Part shown: positions 19,681 to 29,834 of the stretch, in pieces
How positions within the stretch are numbered: position 1 is the first letter of the stretch
Layout: each line of letters starts with the position of its first letter
Source of the DNA: Deltaproteobacteria bacterium
GTDB lineage: Bacteria; Myxococcota_A; Polyangia; Fen-1088
Length of the DNA stretch: 64,000 nt
Reading direction: 5' to 3'
Assembly (NCBI GenBank): GCA_033763315.1
Contig: JANRKS010000009.1
Location: forward strand, 288,001 to 352,000
Made by a program: the position numbers and the translations under genes
The notes under the pieces: generated by a model
Told to the model about the DNA's origin: nothing
The model's input: the letters and a program-made list of their open reading frames with translations, nothing else
The model's database searches: none

Positions 19681-20087
19681 CTTTCGCGCACCCAGACGGT
19701 TTCGACGCCGTCGATGTGGGCCACCCACTTCGGGATGTCGCCGATGTGTCGTCCCGCCGGCAACAGTTGTGTGTAGCGGCTCAAAAAGCCCTTGGCCTTG
19801 CCGGGGTCAGCTTTGCTGCCCACCGCGAGACGCCGCACCACTTCGAACAACTCATCGTCCAAAACGGCGGGGTCCAAGTTGCTGGCCGAAGCGTCCAACC
19901 CCAATGCGGCCTCATAATCCGTAAGTGCACCGTCCAGGCGCCCCAAGTTTGCCAAAGCCAAGCCACGGTTGAACCAAGCCTCCGGCTCCTCAGCGTCATT
20001 TGTGATTTCCTGGCTGGCTTGGTCGATCGCTTCTTCATAGCGCTCTTCCGCCAACAGGCGTGTTGAAAACAGCTCTCCGTAGCTCAT
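19677..20087 (-). CDS. Short TPR protein
   Basis: PEAWFNRGLALANLGRLDGALTDYEAAL TPR motif. Confidence 0.75.
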   Translation of the reverse strand: MSYGELFSTRLLAEERYEEAIDQASQEITNDAEEPEAWFNRGLALANLGRLDGALTDYEAALGLDASASNLDPAVLDDELFEVVRRLAVGSKADPGKAKGFLSRYTQLLPAGRHIGDIPKWVAHIDGVETVWVRES

Positions 20088-20150
20088 GCGGCCGGCAGTG
20101 TAGATCAAATTCCGCCAGCGTCATCCGACGCGCTTGGCCAACCGCGTCGC

Positions 20151-20179
20151 TTGACCCTAGATCGGGGCTCTGCTATGGG
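20151..20179 (+). promoter_or_regulatory. Sigma-70-type promoter of yajC-secD-secF
   Basis: TTGACC-N17-TATGGG with TG extension. Confidence 0.5.
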
Positions 20180-20188
20180 TTTCGGCCC

Positions 20189-20551
20189 GTGACTTCATTT
20201 CTTATCGGCATCGGTCAGGCATCGTCGGCTCCTCCCGCAGGAGGCAACCCGATCATGTCTTTCCTTCCTCTGATTCTCATCTTCGGCGTCTTTTACTTTC
20301 TGATCATGCGCCCCCAGGCGAAGAAGCAGAAAGAGCACCAGCGCTTGCTGGGTGAGATCAAAAAAGGTGACGACGTCGTGACCACGGGTGGCATCATCGG
20401 CCGCGTGACTGGCGTCAAGGACACGGAACTTGTGATTCAGGTGCAAGAGGGCGTGCGTTTGCGCGTGCTTCGCAGCGCCGTGCAAGGCAAGTACACCGCG
20501 ACCGCGACCGTGTCCCCTGCGGCTGACGAAAAAGCCGCGCAAAAGTCCTAA
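20189..20551 (+). CDS. yajC: Preprotein translocase subunit YajC
   Basis: FYFLIMRPQAKKQKEHQ, KKGDDVVTTGGIIGRV; directly upstream of secD. Confidence 0.93.
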   Translation: MTSFLIGIGQASSAPPAGGNPIMSFLPLILIFGVFYFLIMRPQAKKQKEHQRLLGEIKKGDDVVTTGGIIGRVTGVKDTELVIQVQEGVRLRVLRSAVQGKYTATATVSPAADEKAAQKS

Positions 20552-20567
20552 CCCTCGAAGGCACACA

Positions 20568-22376
20568 ATGGAACGTTCTTGGTGGTGGAAGACCCTGCTG
20601 TTCGGCGCGGTCACAGTCCTCGCTTGTTTGTACCTGGCTCCCTCGCTGGCCCCCAGCTTCATCGCTGAGGAGAAGCTACCGGGGTTTGTGAAGAACAACT
20701 TTAAGCGCAAGCTGCAGTTGGGCTTGGATCTCCAGGGAGGCTTGCACCTCGTTTACTCCGTGAACCTGGACAAGGCCGTCGCCTCGAAGGTGGACCGGTT
20801 GTCGGGCGATCTCGAAGAACGTTTGGTCGAGAAGACGCAAAACGCGAAGGTGGACTTCAAGGTCACGCGCGAAGGCCGTGATGACATCCTGGTGACGTTC
20901 TCCAACCCTGCAGATCTCGCGAAGTTAGACGACGAGGTGATGAAGAACTACCGCACGTCGCTCGACGAAGTTGAGCGCGACGCCAGCAAAGGCATTGTGC
21001 GGTTTCGCATCGACCAAGATCAAGTGGCTGAGGTCGGCGACTACGCCCTTCGCCAAGGCATCGAAACGATTCGCGGTCGCGTCGATAAGTTCGGCGTGGC
21101 TGAACCCACGATCATCAAGCGCGGCACCGACATCGTCGTCGAGTTGCCTGGCTTGAAGACGGAAGACTTCGAGCGCATCAAGTCGGTCATCGGCAAAACG
21201 GCCCAGCTTGAGTTCAAAATTGTCGATGCCGGCAGCCCTTACATGCAAAAGGTTTCGGCGGCCATCCCACAAGACGGCAAGATCACGGTTGTCCCCGATG
21301 TGTGGCGCGACAAGAAGACCGGCGAGCAAAAGCAAGACATCTATTTGCAGTCGAAAGACCGCAAGGTGCTTGAGGCCTTCGTGGCCGGTTTGTCGGGCGA
21401 GTTGGCTGTGCCTGCCGACCGCGAGTTCGGTTACGAAGAAGTGGAAGGCGGCAACGGCGGCGACGGTAAGGTGAAAGCCCCCAATGAGTGGCGCACCTAT
21501 CTGCTTGAGAAGCGAGCCGCTGTCACGGGCGAATACTTGTCGTCGGCCGACTTGTCATGGGACGCGCAGACCAATCGCCCTGAAGTTTTGTTCGCGATGG
21601 ATCACCAGGGCGCTTCCTTGATGGAGCGTCTGACCACGGCGAACATCGGCCGAAAGATGGCCATCGTTCTTGACGACCGCATCAACAGCGCGCCCGTCAT
21701 CAACGACCGCATCGCCGGCCGCGGTGTCATTACCTTGGGTGGCTTTGGCGATCCTTTGAAAGTTCAACAAGAGGCCAAGGACTTGGTTGCCGTGCTCCGT
21801 TCGGGTGCCTTGCCGGCGCCGCTGACGAAGTCATTTGAAACGCAGGTCGGCGCCACGATGGGCAAAGACGTGGTCGACCGCGCTTTGTTGTCCATGTTGG
21901 TGGGTGCCATCGCGGTTGTGCTCTTTATGCTGGTTTACTACCGCGTGTCGGGTGTCATCGCGGTTATCGCCATGTTGCTCAACATGTTGTTCATGGTTGC
22001 CATCTTGGCGGGCTTTGAAGCGTCACTCACATTGCCAGGCATCGCTGGTTTGGTGCTGACGGTGGGCATGGCGGTGGACGCCAACATCATCATCTACGAA
22101 CGCATTCGCGAGGAATTGCGCCTGGGCAAAACGGCACGCACGGCCGTGGAAGCCGGTTTCTCCCGCGCGTTTTGGACGGTCTTCGACGCGCACGTCACGA
22201 ACTTCACCGCAGGCGTGGTGCTTTACTCATACGGCTCAGGTCCCATCCGGGGTTTCGCCGTCACGCTGCTGGTTGGCATCGCCTCGAACCTTTTCACGTC
22301 TGTGTGGATGTCCCGCTGGATGTTTGAGCTTCTGCTCGGCCGCCGCGGCACCGTGAAGACCACCCTCTCGATCTAG
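20568..22376 (+). CDS. secD: Protein translocase subunit SecD
   Basis: LGLDLQGG, RVDKFGVAEP, LRSGALPA, LTLPGIAG..GMAVDANIIIYERIREE. Confidence 0.97.
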   Translation: MERSWWWKTLLFGAVTVLACLYLAPSLAPSFIAEEKLPGFVKNNFKRKLQLGLDLQGGLHLVYSVNLDKAVASKVDRLSGDLEERLVEKTQNAKVDFKVTREGRDDILVTFSNPADLAKLDDEVMKNYRTSLDEVERDASKGIVRFRIDQDQVAEVGDYALRQGIETIRGRVDKFGVAEPTIIKRGTDIVVELPGLKTEDFERIKSVIGKTAQLEFKIVDAGSPYMQKVSAAIPQDGKITVVPDVWRDKKTGEQKQDIYLQSKDRKVLEAFVAGLSGELAVPADREFGYEEVEGGNGGDGKVKAPNEWRTYLLEKRAAVTGEYLSSADLSWDAQTNRPEVLFAMDHQGASLMERLTTANIGRKMAIVLDDRINSAPVINDRIAGRGVITLGGFGDPLKVQQEAKDLVAVLRSGALPAPLTKSFETQVGATMGKDVVDRALLSMLVGAIAVVLFMLVYYRVSGVIAVIAMLLNMLFMVAILAGFEASLTLPGIAGLVLTVGMAVDANIIIYERIREELRLGKTARTAVEAGFSRAFWTVFDAHVTNFTAGVVLYSYGSGPIRGFAVTLLVGIASNLFTSVWMSRWMFELLLGRRGTVKTTLSI

Positions 22377-22384
22377 GAACTCCC

Positions 22385-23623
22385 ATGGCCGCTCAGCAAA
22401 AGTTTTTCGAGGTCATCAAGCAAGGGACGAAGATCGAATTCGTCAGCAAGCAACGGCAGTTCATGGCCGTTTCGATCATCGCCACCTTGGTGTCGCTGAT
22501 CATGTTGCCGCTCAACGCCTACGTCATCAAAAGCCGCGGCAGCATGCTCAACTGGGGCGTCGATTTCCGGGGCGGCAGCGAACTGGTGGTCAAGTTCTCG
22601 AAGCCAACCGAATCGTCAGCCATTCGCGAAGCGATGGACGCGGGTGGTTTTCACGGCGCCGAGGTTGTTCGTTACGGCAGCGAATCTGATAACTCCTACA
22701 TGTTGCGCATCGGCTCTGTGTCAGTGCTTTCAGAGAGCCAGGCGAAGCGTACCGAGGCAGCGATGGCCAAGGTGGGCGACGCGAGCTTGAAGAAGTTCGA
22801 GTGGTCCGAAGGCGGCGACAAGGTTTATTTGCGGTTCGATCGTCCGTTGGACGCTGACGCCATCAAGCAAGCGCTGGCCACGGCAGGCACGCAGACCACA
22901 CAGGTGCAGCCGTTCGGTCGCAGCGAAGAAAACACCTTTGAGGCGACTTTGGTGGGCCTCGACTCCGAGGTGCGCAAGGCTCTCGACAACAAGCTGGGTG
23001 CCGGCGCTGTGGCTTCGATTCCTCAGGTGGCGTCGGTGGGTGCGAAGGCCGGTAAGCAACTGCAGGTGGACGGCATCCAAGCCGTCTTGGGCGCCATCTT
23101 GCTGATCGTGCTTTACACAGCGTTGCGCTTCGACTTCCGATATGGCCCGCCCACAATCATCGCGTTGTTGCACGACGCGATCATCACGGTCGGTGCCTTT
23201 GCTGTGACCTATAAGGAATTTTCGCTGACGACCTTGGCGGCCGTGCTCACCATCATCGGCTTTTCCATGAACGACACCATCGTGGTGTTCGACCGCATTC
23301 GTGAGGACGCTGCACGCTTTAAGGATCGCAAGTTCGATCGCGTGGTGAACCAGTCTGTGAACGAAACGCTGTCCCGCACCATTTTGACCAGCGCCACCTT
23401 GCTGTTCGTCACGTTGGCTATGAACATCTTGGGCACTGGCGTGGTGAAAGATTTCGCGTTCGCCATGAACGTGGGTGTCATCGTGGGCACCTACTCCTCG
23501 ATCTTCGTTGCCAGCACCGCGCTGATTTGGCTCGACGCCAAAGCGAAGGCGGCGCAAGGCAAAACGCCGAACCCCACGCGTCGCACGCGCCGTCGCGAAC
23601 CAGAGCCGGCCACCTCGGTTTAG
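22385..23623 (+). CDS. secF: Protein translocase subunit SecF
   Basis: GVDFRGG, ALLHD, GFSMNDTIVVFDRIRE, TLSRTILTS, GTYSSIFVA. Confidence 0.97.
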   Translation: MAAQQKFFEVIKQGTKIEFVSKQRQFMAVSIIATLVSLIMLPLNAYVIKSRGSMLNWGVDFRGGSELVVKFSKPTESSAIREAMDAGGFHGAEVVRYGSESDNSYMLRIGSVSVLSESQAKRTEAAMAKVGDASLKKFEWSEGGDKVYLRFDRPLDADAIKQALATAGTQTTQVQPFGRSEENTFEATLVGLDSEVRKALDNKLGAGAVASIPQVASVGAKAGKQLQVDGIQAVLGAILLIVLYTALRFDFRYGPPTIIALLHDAIITVGAFAVTYKEFSLTTLAAVLTIIGFSMNDTIVVFDRIREDAARFKDRKFDRVVNQSVNETLSRTILTSATLLFVTLAMNILGTGVVKDFAFAMNVGVIVGTYSSIFVASTALIWLDAKAKAAQGKTPNPTRRTRRREPEPATSV

Positions 23624-23645
23624 TCCAGCGGCCGTCGGAGGGCCA

Positions 23646-25382
23646 ATGGCACGTGGTTGGCACAGTCCCTCGATCGATGAGTCGTGTGCCTCAGCGTTGG
23701 CGCAGGCCTTAGGCGTGCGCCCGCTGACCGCACGGTTGCTGGTCCGGCGGGGCGTTTTGCAAGCCGATCACGGCCACCGTTTCTTGCAGCCGAAGTTGGC
23801 GGAGCTTCGTGCGCCCGCGGGCATTGCCGATTTGCAAAGCGGGATCGATCGCATGGCTCACGCCTTAGAGACAGGGCAGTTGATCGGCGTATTCGGCGAT
23901 TACGACGTTGATGGCGTCACTTCAGCCGCCGTGCTCACAAGCGCCTTGCGCGCCTTGGGGGCCCGGGTGCTTCCCCGCTGCGCCAGCCGGCACGCCGGTT
24001 ATGGCTTTGGCCTGGCGGCGGCCGAGGCATTTCTGGCGGCAGGTTGCGCCTTCGTGATCACAGCCGACTGTGGAACCAGCGATCACAAGTCGATCGCTTT
24101 TCTCAAGGAAAAGGGGATCGACGTGATGGTGATCGATCACCACCAGGTGCCCGAGGGCAAAAGCGCCGCCGTGGCCTTGATCAACCCGCACCGTGGCGAT
24201 GATCGTTTTGAGTTCAAGGGGCTCGCTTCTTGTGGCCTCGCGTTCTATCTGATGGCAGCGCTGCGTTCGCACCTGCGCAGCAAAAACCACGCAGCCGCGG
24301 CAGCTTGGGATCCGCGTGAGCTCTTGGATCTGGTGGCGATGGGCACCATAGCCGACGTGATGCCGTTGACCGACGAGAACCGCGTCTTGGTTTCGGCTGG
24401 CCTCAAGACACTGTCCGCGCGCACTCGTCCCGGTGTCGCCGCGTTGTTCAACGTAGCGGGCCTCCAGGATCCACGCCCCGTCACAGCCACGGACATCGGC
24501 TTTCGCTTGGCGCCACGTCTGAACGCCGCGGGACGTTTGGGTGACGCCCAGCTGGCCCTCGATCTGCTGCTAGCCGTGGATCCCGCGGAGGCCGAGCGGC
24601 TGGCCTTGCTGCTGGACGAGCAAAACCGCCAGAGGCAACAAATTCAAGAGACCGTGTTGTCTTCAGCACTGGCTCAAGTGGAGTCGATGATTGCGGCTGG
24701 CGGAGGCCGGGTGCCCTGGGCGATTGTGGTGGGCGACGAAGGTTGGCACCATGGCGTGGTGGGCATCGTCGCTGCCAAACTGGTCGATAAATACGCGCGC
24801 CCCACCATCGTCGTTGGGTTTCATGAGGGCAAAGGACGCGGTTCCGCGCGCACCGTGGCGGGGTTCAACCTTTACCAGGCCCTCGCGGCCAGCGCGCCGC
24901 ATTTGGAAGTGTATGGCGGCCACGCGGCGGCTGCGGGCATGACGGTGCTCCGCGACCGCTTCGAAGCGTTTCGTCAATCCTTCACGGCCCACGCCGAGCA
25001 ATGGTTCGGTTTGCGCCCGCCTCACAGCGCCGTTGAGGTGGATGCCGTCGTCTCATTGTCGGAACTTGATTTGGCCTGCGCCGAAGAGCTTGCGCGCTTG
25101 GGCCCGTTCGGTGCAGCGAACAGCGAGCCCATACTCGCCTTTGAGAATGTGACCATCGCCAACGCGCGGGTGGTGTCCGGCACGCACTTGCAGCTGACGC
25201 TTGGCCAAAACGGTGCGATGGCCGAAGCGATGGGCTTCAATATGGCGGACGTTGCACCGGTCGCCGGCCAGGTGATGGATGTGGTGGCGTGTTTCGAGAT
25301 CAATGATTTTCGCGGCACGCGCAGGCCGCGGCTGCGTGTGAAACACTTGTTGTCTGCCGCCCCAGTGGGTGAACCTTCATGA
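23646..25382 (+). CDS. recJ: ssDNA exonuclease RecJ
   Basis: GDYDVDG, TADCG, IDHH, GTIADV, PRLNAAGR, GSAR, GGHAAAAG. Confidence 0.96.
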   Translation: MARGWHSPSIDESCASALAQALGVRPLTARLLVRRGVLQADHGHRFLQPKLAELRAPAGIADLQSGIDRMAHALETGQLIGVFGDYDVDGVTSAAVLTSALRALGARVLPRCASRHAGYGFGLAAAEAFLAAGCAFVITADCGTSDHKSIAFLKEKGIDVMVIDHHQVPEGKSAAVALINPHRGDDRFEFKGLASCGLAFYLMAALRSHLRSKNHAAAAAWDPRELLDLVAMGTIADVMPLTDENRVLVSAGLKTLSARTRPGVAALFNVAGLQDPRPVTATDIGFRLAPRLNAAGRLGDAQLALDLLLAVDPAEAERLALLLDEQNRQRQQIQETVLSSALAQVESMIAAGGGRVPWAIVVGDEGWHHGVVGIVAAKLVDKYARPTIVVGFHEGKGRGSARTVAGFNLYQALAASAPHLEVYGGHAAAAGMTVLRDRFEAFRQSFTAHAEQWFGLRPPHSAVEVDAVVSLSELDLACAEELARLGPFGAANSEPILAFENVTIANARVVSGTHLQLTLGQNGAMAEAMGFNMADVAPVAGQVMDVVACFEINDFRGTRRPRLRVKHLLSAAPVGEPS

Positions 25383-25660
25383 ACGACGAACCCTCAGACC
25401 CCAGCGATCCGTCTTTGCAGGCGTCCAGGGAGGAAGAAGAAGAGCTGCGACGCATGCGGCAAGCGATAGCGCAAAGAGCCGATCGACGGCTTTGGGAATT
25501 GCTGCCCAAGCGCGCGTTGTTTCGTGCGTTCTGGTTGGTGCTGCTGCTGCTGCTGATTCTGTGGCTGCAGCGCAATTCAGGCCGCGTCACGCACTTCTTC
25601 CAACAAGTGTTTCCAACAACACCCCAGGGCCCCACGACGGCCCCAGGAACTGCTAAATAA
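25379..25660 (+). CDS. Small single-TM hypothetical protein
   Basis: ATGA-coupled to recJ; one Leu-rich TM helix. Confidence 0.6.
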   Translation: MNDEPSDPSDPSLQASREEEEELRRMRQAIAQRADRRLWELLPKRALFRAFWLVLLLLLILWLQRNSGRVTHFFQQVFPTTPQGPTTAPGTAK

Positions 25661-25684
25661 CCGCGTGGTTTTCGGGTTGACCCA

Positions 25685-26659
25685 ATGACATCTGTGGCAT
25701 CTCCGTTGGTGTGGGCGCTTTTCGCCGGGGTGATCCTTTCCATCCTGGCGGTGGATTTGGGCGTGTTCAACCGAACCGCGCACAAGGTCACGCTTAAGGC
25801 GGCCAGCATCTGGGTTCTGGTGTGGGTGGGCTTTGCGGTTGCCTTCAACGCCTTTGTTTTTTATCGCTTTGGCAGCACGCGTGGTCTGAACTTTCTGCAG
25901 GCCTATCTGCTTGAACAGGCGTTGTCGGTCGACAACGTGTTCGTTTTCATCTTGGTGTTCAGTTACTTTCGGGTTCCCGAGCAATACCAGCACCGCGTCT
26001 TGTTTTGGGGCGTGGTGGGCGCGGCCATCACCCGCGGCATCTTCGTCGTGGCGGGCGTGGCTTTGTTGTCACGCTTTCATTGGCTTATGTACGGCCTTGG
26101 CTTGTTCCTCGTCGTCACCGCCGTGAAGATGCTGCTGCAAAAAGATGAGGATCTGGACCCATCGAAGAATGCCGTGCTTCGGTTGTTCCGACGCTTGGTG
26201 CCGATGACCGAGACCTACGAAGGCGCCAAGTTCGTGGTCAGACGCCAAGGTCGACGCCTCGCCACGCCGCTGTTGGCTGTGCTCGTTGTGGTGGAAGCCA
26301 CCGACGTGATGTTCGCCGTAGATTCCATTCCTGCCGTGTTCGGCGTCACCCAAGATGTCTTCATCGTCTACACCTCGAACATCTTCGCCATTTTGGGACT
26401 GCGTTCGCTGTTCTTCTTGTTGGTTGGCTTGGTGGAGAAGCTTCACCTTCTTAAGCATGGCGTGGCGCTGATCTTGGCCTTCGTAGGCATGAAGATCTTG
26501 CTCGCCGGTGTGGTGCCTATTTCCGAAGGGTTATCGCTTGCCATCTTGGCGGGCATATTGATTCTGGCCACCATCGCAAGTTTCGTTTTCCCCGCCAAGG
26601 CAAAGCCCACCGCAGGCCCCACGGATGGCTCGGACACCCCCGCCTCCGGGCCGTCCTAA
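25685..26659 (+). CDS. terC: TerC/Alx family metal homeostasis membrane protein
   Basis: LSVDNVFVF, QHRVLFWG, DVMFAVDSIPA, SNIFAILGLRSL. Confidence 0.92.
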   Translation: MTSVASPLVWALFAGVILSILAVDLGVFNRTAHKVTLKAASIWVLVWVGFAVAFNAFVFYRFGSTRGLNFLQAYLLEQALSVDNVFVFILVFSYFRVPEQYQHRVLFWGVVGAAITRGIFVVAGVALLSRFHWLMYGLGLFLVVTAVKMLLQKDEDLDPSKNAVLRLFRRLVPMTETYEGAKFVVRRQGRRLATPLLAVLVVVEATDVMFAVDSIPAVFGVTQDVFIVYTSNIFAILGLRSLFFLLVGLVEKLHLLKHGVALILAFVGMKILLAGVVPISEGLSLAILAGILILATIASFVFPAKAKPTAGPTDGSDTPASGPS

Positions 26660-26886
26660 TTGCTCTTGTCGTCGTCGGGCCGTGCGTGCGGTGCGGCTCT
26701 CACTCGCATCTCTTCGGCCCCATCCAAATCTGTTTCCGATAGCGGTCGGCTGATGCGGTAGGTGCCATCTAGCCAGCTTGCCAAATCGATGCGTTTGCAG
26801 CGCTCGCCACAAAACGGACGGAAGGGGAGCTCACCTTCGAGCGGCAGCGGCTTTCGACATATAGGGCACACAGTGGCTCGGGCCAT
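26656..26886 (-). CDS. yacG: DNA gyrase inhibitor YacG
   Basis: CPIC...RPFCGERCKRIDLASW..GTYRI; SD GAAGGAGG upstream of ATG 26886. Confidence 0.9.
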   Translation of the reverse strand: MARATVCPICRKPLPLEGELPFRPFCGERCKRIDLASWLDGTYRISRPLSETDLDGAEEMRVRAAPHARPDDDKSN

Positions 26887-27016
26887 GGCCTTCCTCCTTC
26901 CATAAACAAAAGCAGGTGTGCGGCGCGAGTGCAAGGCACGGCGGTGGCTGCAGATCGAGGCAAAGGGTGGTCATCCAGCGCTTCGTTGCCTGCCGATTCA
27001 TGTTACGTTGTAACGG

Positions 27017-29785
27017 GTGAGGAGAGCCCTCTTGCTCGCAACGCTGGGTCTGGTCTCGGCATGCGCCCCGCGGGGACCGAGCGGGCCAGCCCTTGCGTCG
27101 ACATCCTTCGGCCAGCAAAGCACATCCCCAACCAGGGCAGGACCCATCTTGAAGTTTACGCTTGATAACGGATTGCAGGTTGTTCTCGAGGAAAATCGCA
27201 GCGCGCCTGTCGTCGCGATTCAAACCTGGGTGAAGGTGGGCGCCGCCGATGAACCCGACCGCCTGGCAGGCGTGTCGCACTTTCTGGAGCACATGCTCTT
27301 TAAAGGCACCAAGCGGCGCGGCGTGGGTCAGATCGCCCGCGAAATTGAGCAAGCGGGCGGCGAGATCAACGCGTGGACCAGCTTCGATGAAACCGTTTAT
27401 CACGTGGTGGTGGCCAGCGAGTTCTTGGAAGTGGGGCTCGACGTATTGTCCGACGCCGTGATGAATTCAAGCCTCGACGCCAAAGAGATGGGGCGCGAAC
27501 GCGGCGTGATCTTAGAAGAGGTCAAGCAAGGCCTCGATGATCCCGACCGGGGGGCCGCGCAGAAGATGTTCGCCGGCGCCTTTGCAGGCCACACCTATGC
27601 ACGTCCCGTGATCGGATCGCTCGAAACCGTCACCGCGATGACCCGCGATGAGATCTACGCGTATTACAAAGATCGCTACGTGGCCTCGAACATGGCTTTG
27701 GTGATCGTGGGCGATTTCGACGCCGAGAAGGTGAAGCCCAAAGTAGAAAAAGCGTTCGGCGGCCTTCGCAAGGTGGGCAAGTCTGCCGTTCCGCCGCGTC
27801 CCGCAATGCCAGCGGCCAAAGGGCAGCGCGTGGACGTATTGGCGCGCGACGTGAAGGAGGCACAGATCCTTGCCGCTTATCGCATTCCCGCGGTTCGTGA
27901 CGAAGACATTCCCGCGTTGGATTTGCTGTCTGTGGTTCTGGGGCAGGGAGAAAGCTCGCGCTTGAACCTGGAAGTTGTGCGCAACCGCCAGTTGGCGAAG
28001 TCAGCTTTCTCGTACGTCTTCGGAGCCCGTGACGGGGGCGTTCTGGTGGCGGGTGCCGTCACGGGATCGCCGCGCGTCGAAGAGGTCACGCAAGCGGTGC
28101 TTGATGAGGTGGCGAAGTTGTCGCGCTTGCCGCTTGGCCGCGCCGAGTTGGAAAAAGCCCGCACAATCCTCGAGAGCGATCGCGTCTACGACCGCGAGAC
28201 GGTGCAAGGGTATGCGCGCAAGCTCGGCTACTACGCAACCATCGTTGATGACGTTCACTATGAGTCTTGGTATCTGTCGCGCGTGCGTGGCCTCGGGCCC
28301 GAGGATCTGCGCAAAGTCGCGAACAAATACCTGCGCGCCGAACACATGACCTTGGTGGCGCAGGTGCCTGAGAAGGTGAAGCCCAAAGTGGCGACCGACG
28401 TCAAAGCCATCCGCGAACACCTGGCGAAGATCGCGCTTGGGGTTGAACAGCGTGCCGACAAACGCACCAAGGGCCAGGGCGCTGCCGCCAACTCACGCGA
28501 CAACGTGCTGGTGCAAACGCTGCCTGGGGGCGCCAAGTTGATCGTCATGCAGGACCCATCGGTGCCCATCGTCGCCATGCGTGCCATGTGGCTCGGCGGC
28601 TTGCGCTACGAGGACGAGAAGAACAACGGCATTTCAAACATGATTGGGCAGCTACTCACGCGGGGCACACGAACGCGTTCGGCCGAACAGATCATGACCG
28701 AGGTCGAAAGTCTGGCGGGCAGCCTTTCAGGTTACGCGGGACGCAACAGCGTTGGCGTGCAGGCTGAGTTTTTGTCGCGCAATTGGGAACAAGGTTCCGA
28801 ATTGTTTGCTGACTGCTTGCTGAACGCCGCGTTTCCTGAGGGTGAGATCGAAAAAGAGCGCAAGATCATCCTCGACGACATTCGCGCGCAAGACGACAAC
28901 CTGGGACATGCGGCCTTCCGTTTGTTTCATGCGCAGATGTGGCGTTCTCATCCCTATCGTCTGGATGTCATTGGCACGACTGATTCCGTGTCGGGCTTGT
29001 CACGCCGACGTTTGCTGATTCATTTCCGCAAGCACTACACGCCTTCCGCGTTGACGATCGCCATCGTGGGTGACGCCAGCCCAGCCGAGGTGGCGGCGCG
29101 TTTTTCCGAGCTATTCAGCAGCGCCGTGCAAGCCGAGCCTGAGGCACCGAAGATTGCACCTGAGCCTGAATCGGAGGGCCCCAAGCAATCGTTTCAGTTC
29201 CGAGAGAGAGAGCAGGCACACGTGATTCTAGGGTATCCAGGCACGTCGCTTGGGAACCCGGACCGGTTTGCGCTTGAAGTTCTCAGCTACGTTTTGGCCG
29301 GGCAGGGGGGGCGTTTGTTCGAAGAGCTGCGCGAGCGGCGTGGTTTGGTTTACCGCGTGAGCGCGTTTTCGCTTGAGGGCATCGACCCGGGTTACTTCGC
29401 GGTTTATTTGGCGGCAAGTCCAGACAAGCTTGATCTCGCTCTGCAAACCGTCCGCACCGAGCTTGCCAACGTGACTAGCGATGGCATCACAGCTGAAGAA
29501 TTGGATCGGGCTCAACGTTATCTCATCGGCACCCACGCCATTGGTTTGCAGCGCAAGGGCGCGTTGGCGGCGGCGCTCGCATTCCACGAGGCCTATGGCG
29601 AAGGGTGGAGCGCGTATAAGAAGTGGGCCGAGCGCGTTCATAAGGTCACGCTGGCCGAGGTCAAACGCGTCGCCAAGAAGTACTTGGTCAACGAGCGTGA
29701 AGTGTTGGCTGCCGTGAAGCCGAAGGACGTCGTGCCACCGGAGACAAAGGCCGCCTCGGCTGCAGGCCGGGCCGCGCGCAACTGA
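27017..29785 (+). CDS. M16 (insulinase/pitrilysin) zinc protease, lipoprotein, duplicated domain pair
   Basis: Lipobox LVSAC; HFLEHMLFKGT inverted zincin motif; NAWTSFD; second half lacks HxxEH. Confidence 0.92.
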   Translation: MRRALLLATLGLVSACAPRGPSGPALASTSFGQQSTSPTRAGPILKFTLDNGLQVVLEENRSAPVVAIQTWVKVGAADEPDRLAGVSHFLEHMLFKGTKRRGVGQIAREIEQAGGEINAWTSFDETVYHVVVASEFLEVGLDVLSDAVMNSSLDAKEMGRERGVILEEVKQGLDDPDRGAAQKMFAGAFAGHTYARPVIGSLETVTAMTRDEIYAYYKDRYVASNMALVIVGDFDAEKVKPKVEKAFGGLRKVGKSAVPPRPAMPAAKGQRVDVLARDVKEAQILAAYRIPAVRDEDIPALDLLSVVLGQGESSRLNLEVVRNRQLAKSAFSYVFGARDGGVLVAGAVTGSPRVEEVTQAVLDEVAKLSRLPLGRAELEKARTILESDRVYDRETVQGYARKLGYYATIVDDVHYESWYLSRVRGLGPEDLRKVANKYLRAEHMTLVAQVPEKVKPKVATDVKAIREHLAKIALGVEQRADKRTKGQGAAANSRDNVLVQTLPGGAKLIVMQDPSVPIVAMRAMWLGGLRYEDEKNNGISNMIGQLLTRGTRTRSAEQIMTEVESLAGSLSGYAGRNSVGVQAEFLSRNWEQGSELFADCLLNAAFPEGEIEKERKIILDDIRAQDDNLGHAAFRLFHAQMWRSHPYRLDVIGTTDSVSGLSRRRLLIHFRKHYTPSALTIAIVGDASPAEVAARFSELFSSAVQAEPEAPKIAPEPESEGPKQSFQFREREQAHVILGYPGTSLGNPDRFALEVLSYVLAGQGGRLFEELRERRGLVYRVSAFSLEGIDPGYFAVYLAASPDKLDLALQTVRTELANVTSDGITAEELDRAQRYLIGTHAIGLQRKGALAAALAFHEAYGEGWSAYKKWAERVHKVTLAEVKRVAKKYLVNEREVLAAVKPKDVVPPETKAASAAGRAARN

Positions 29786-29834
29786 CGCGTCCATTAACTG
29801 GCGTCGGGTGGGGTTCGCCCCTATGGTTCACACC

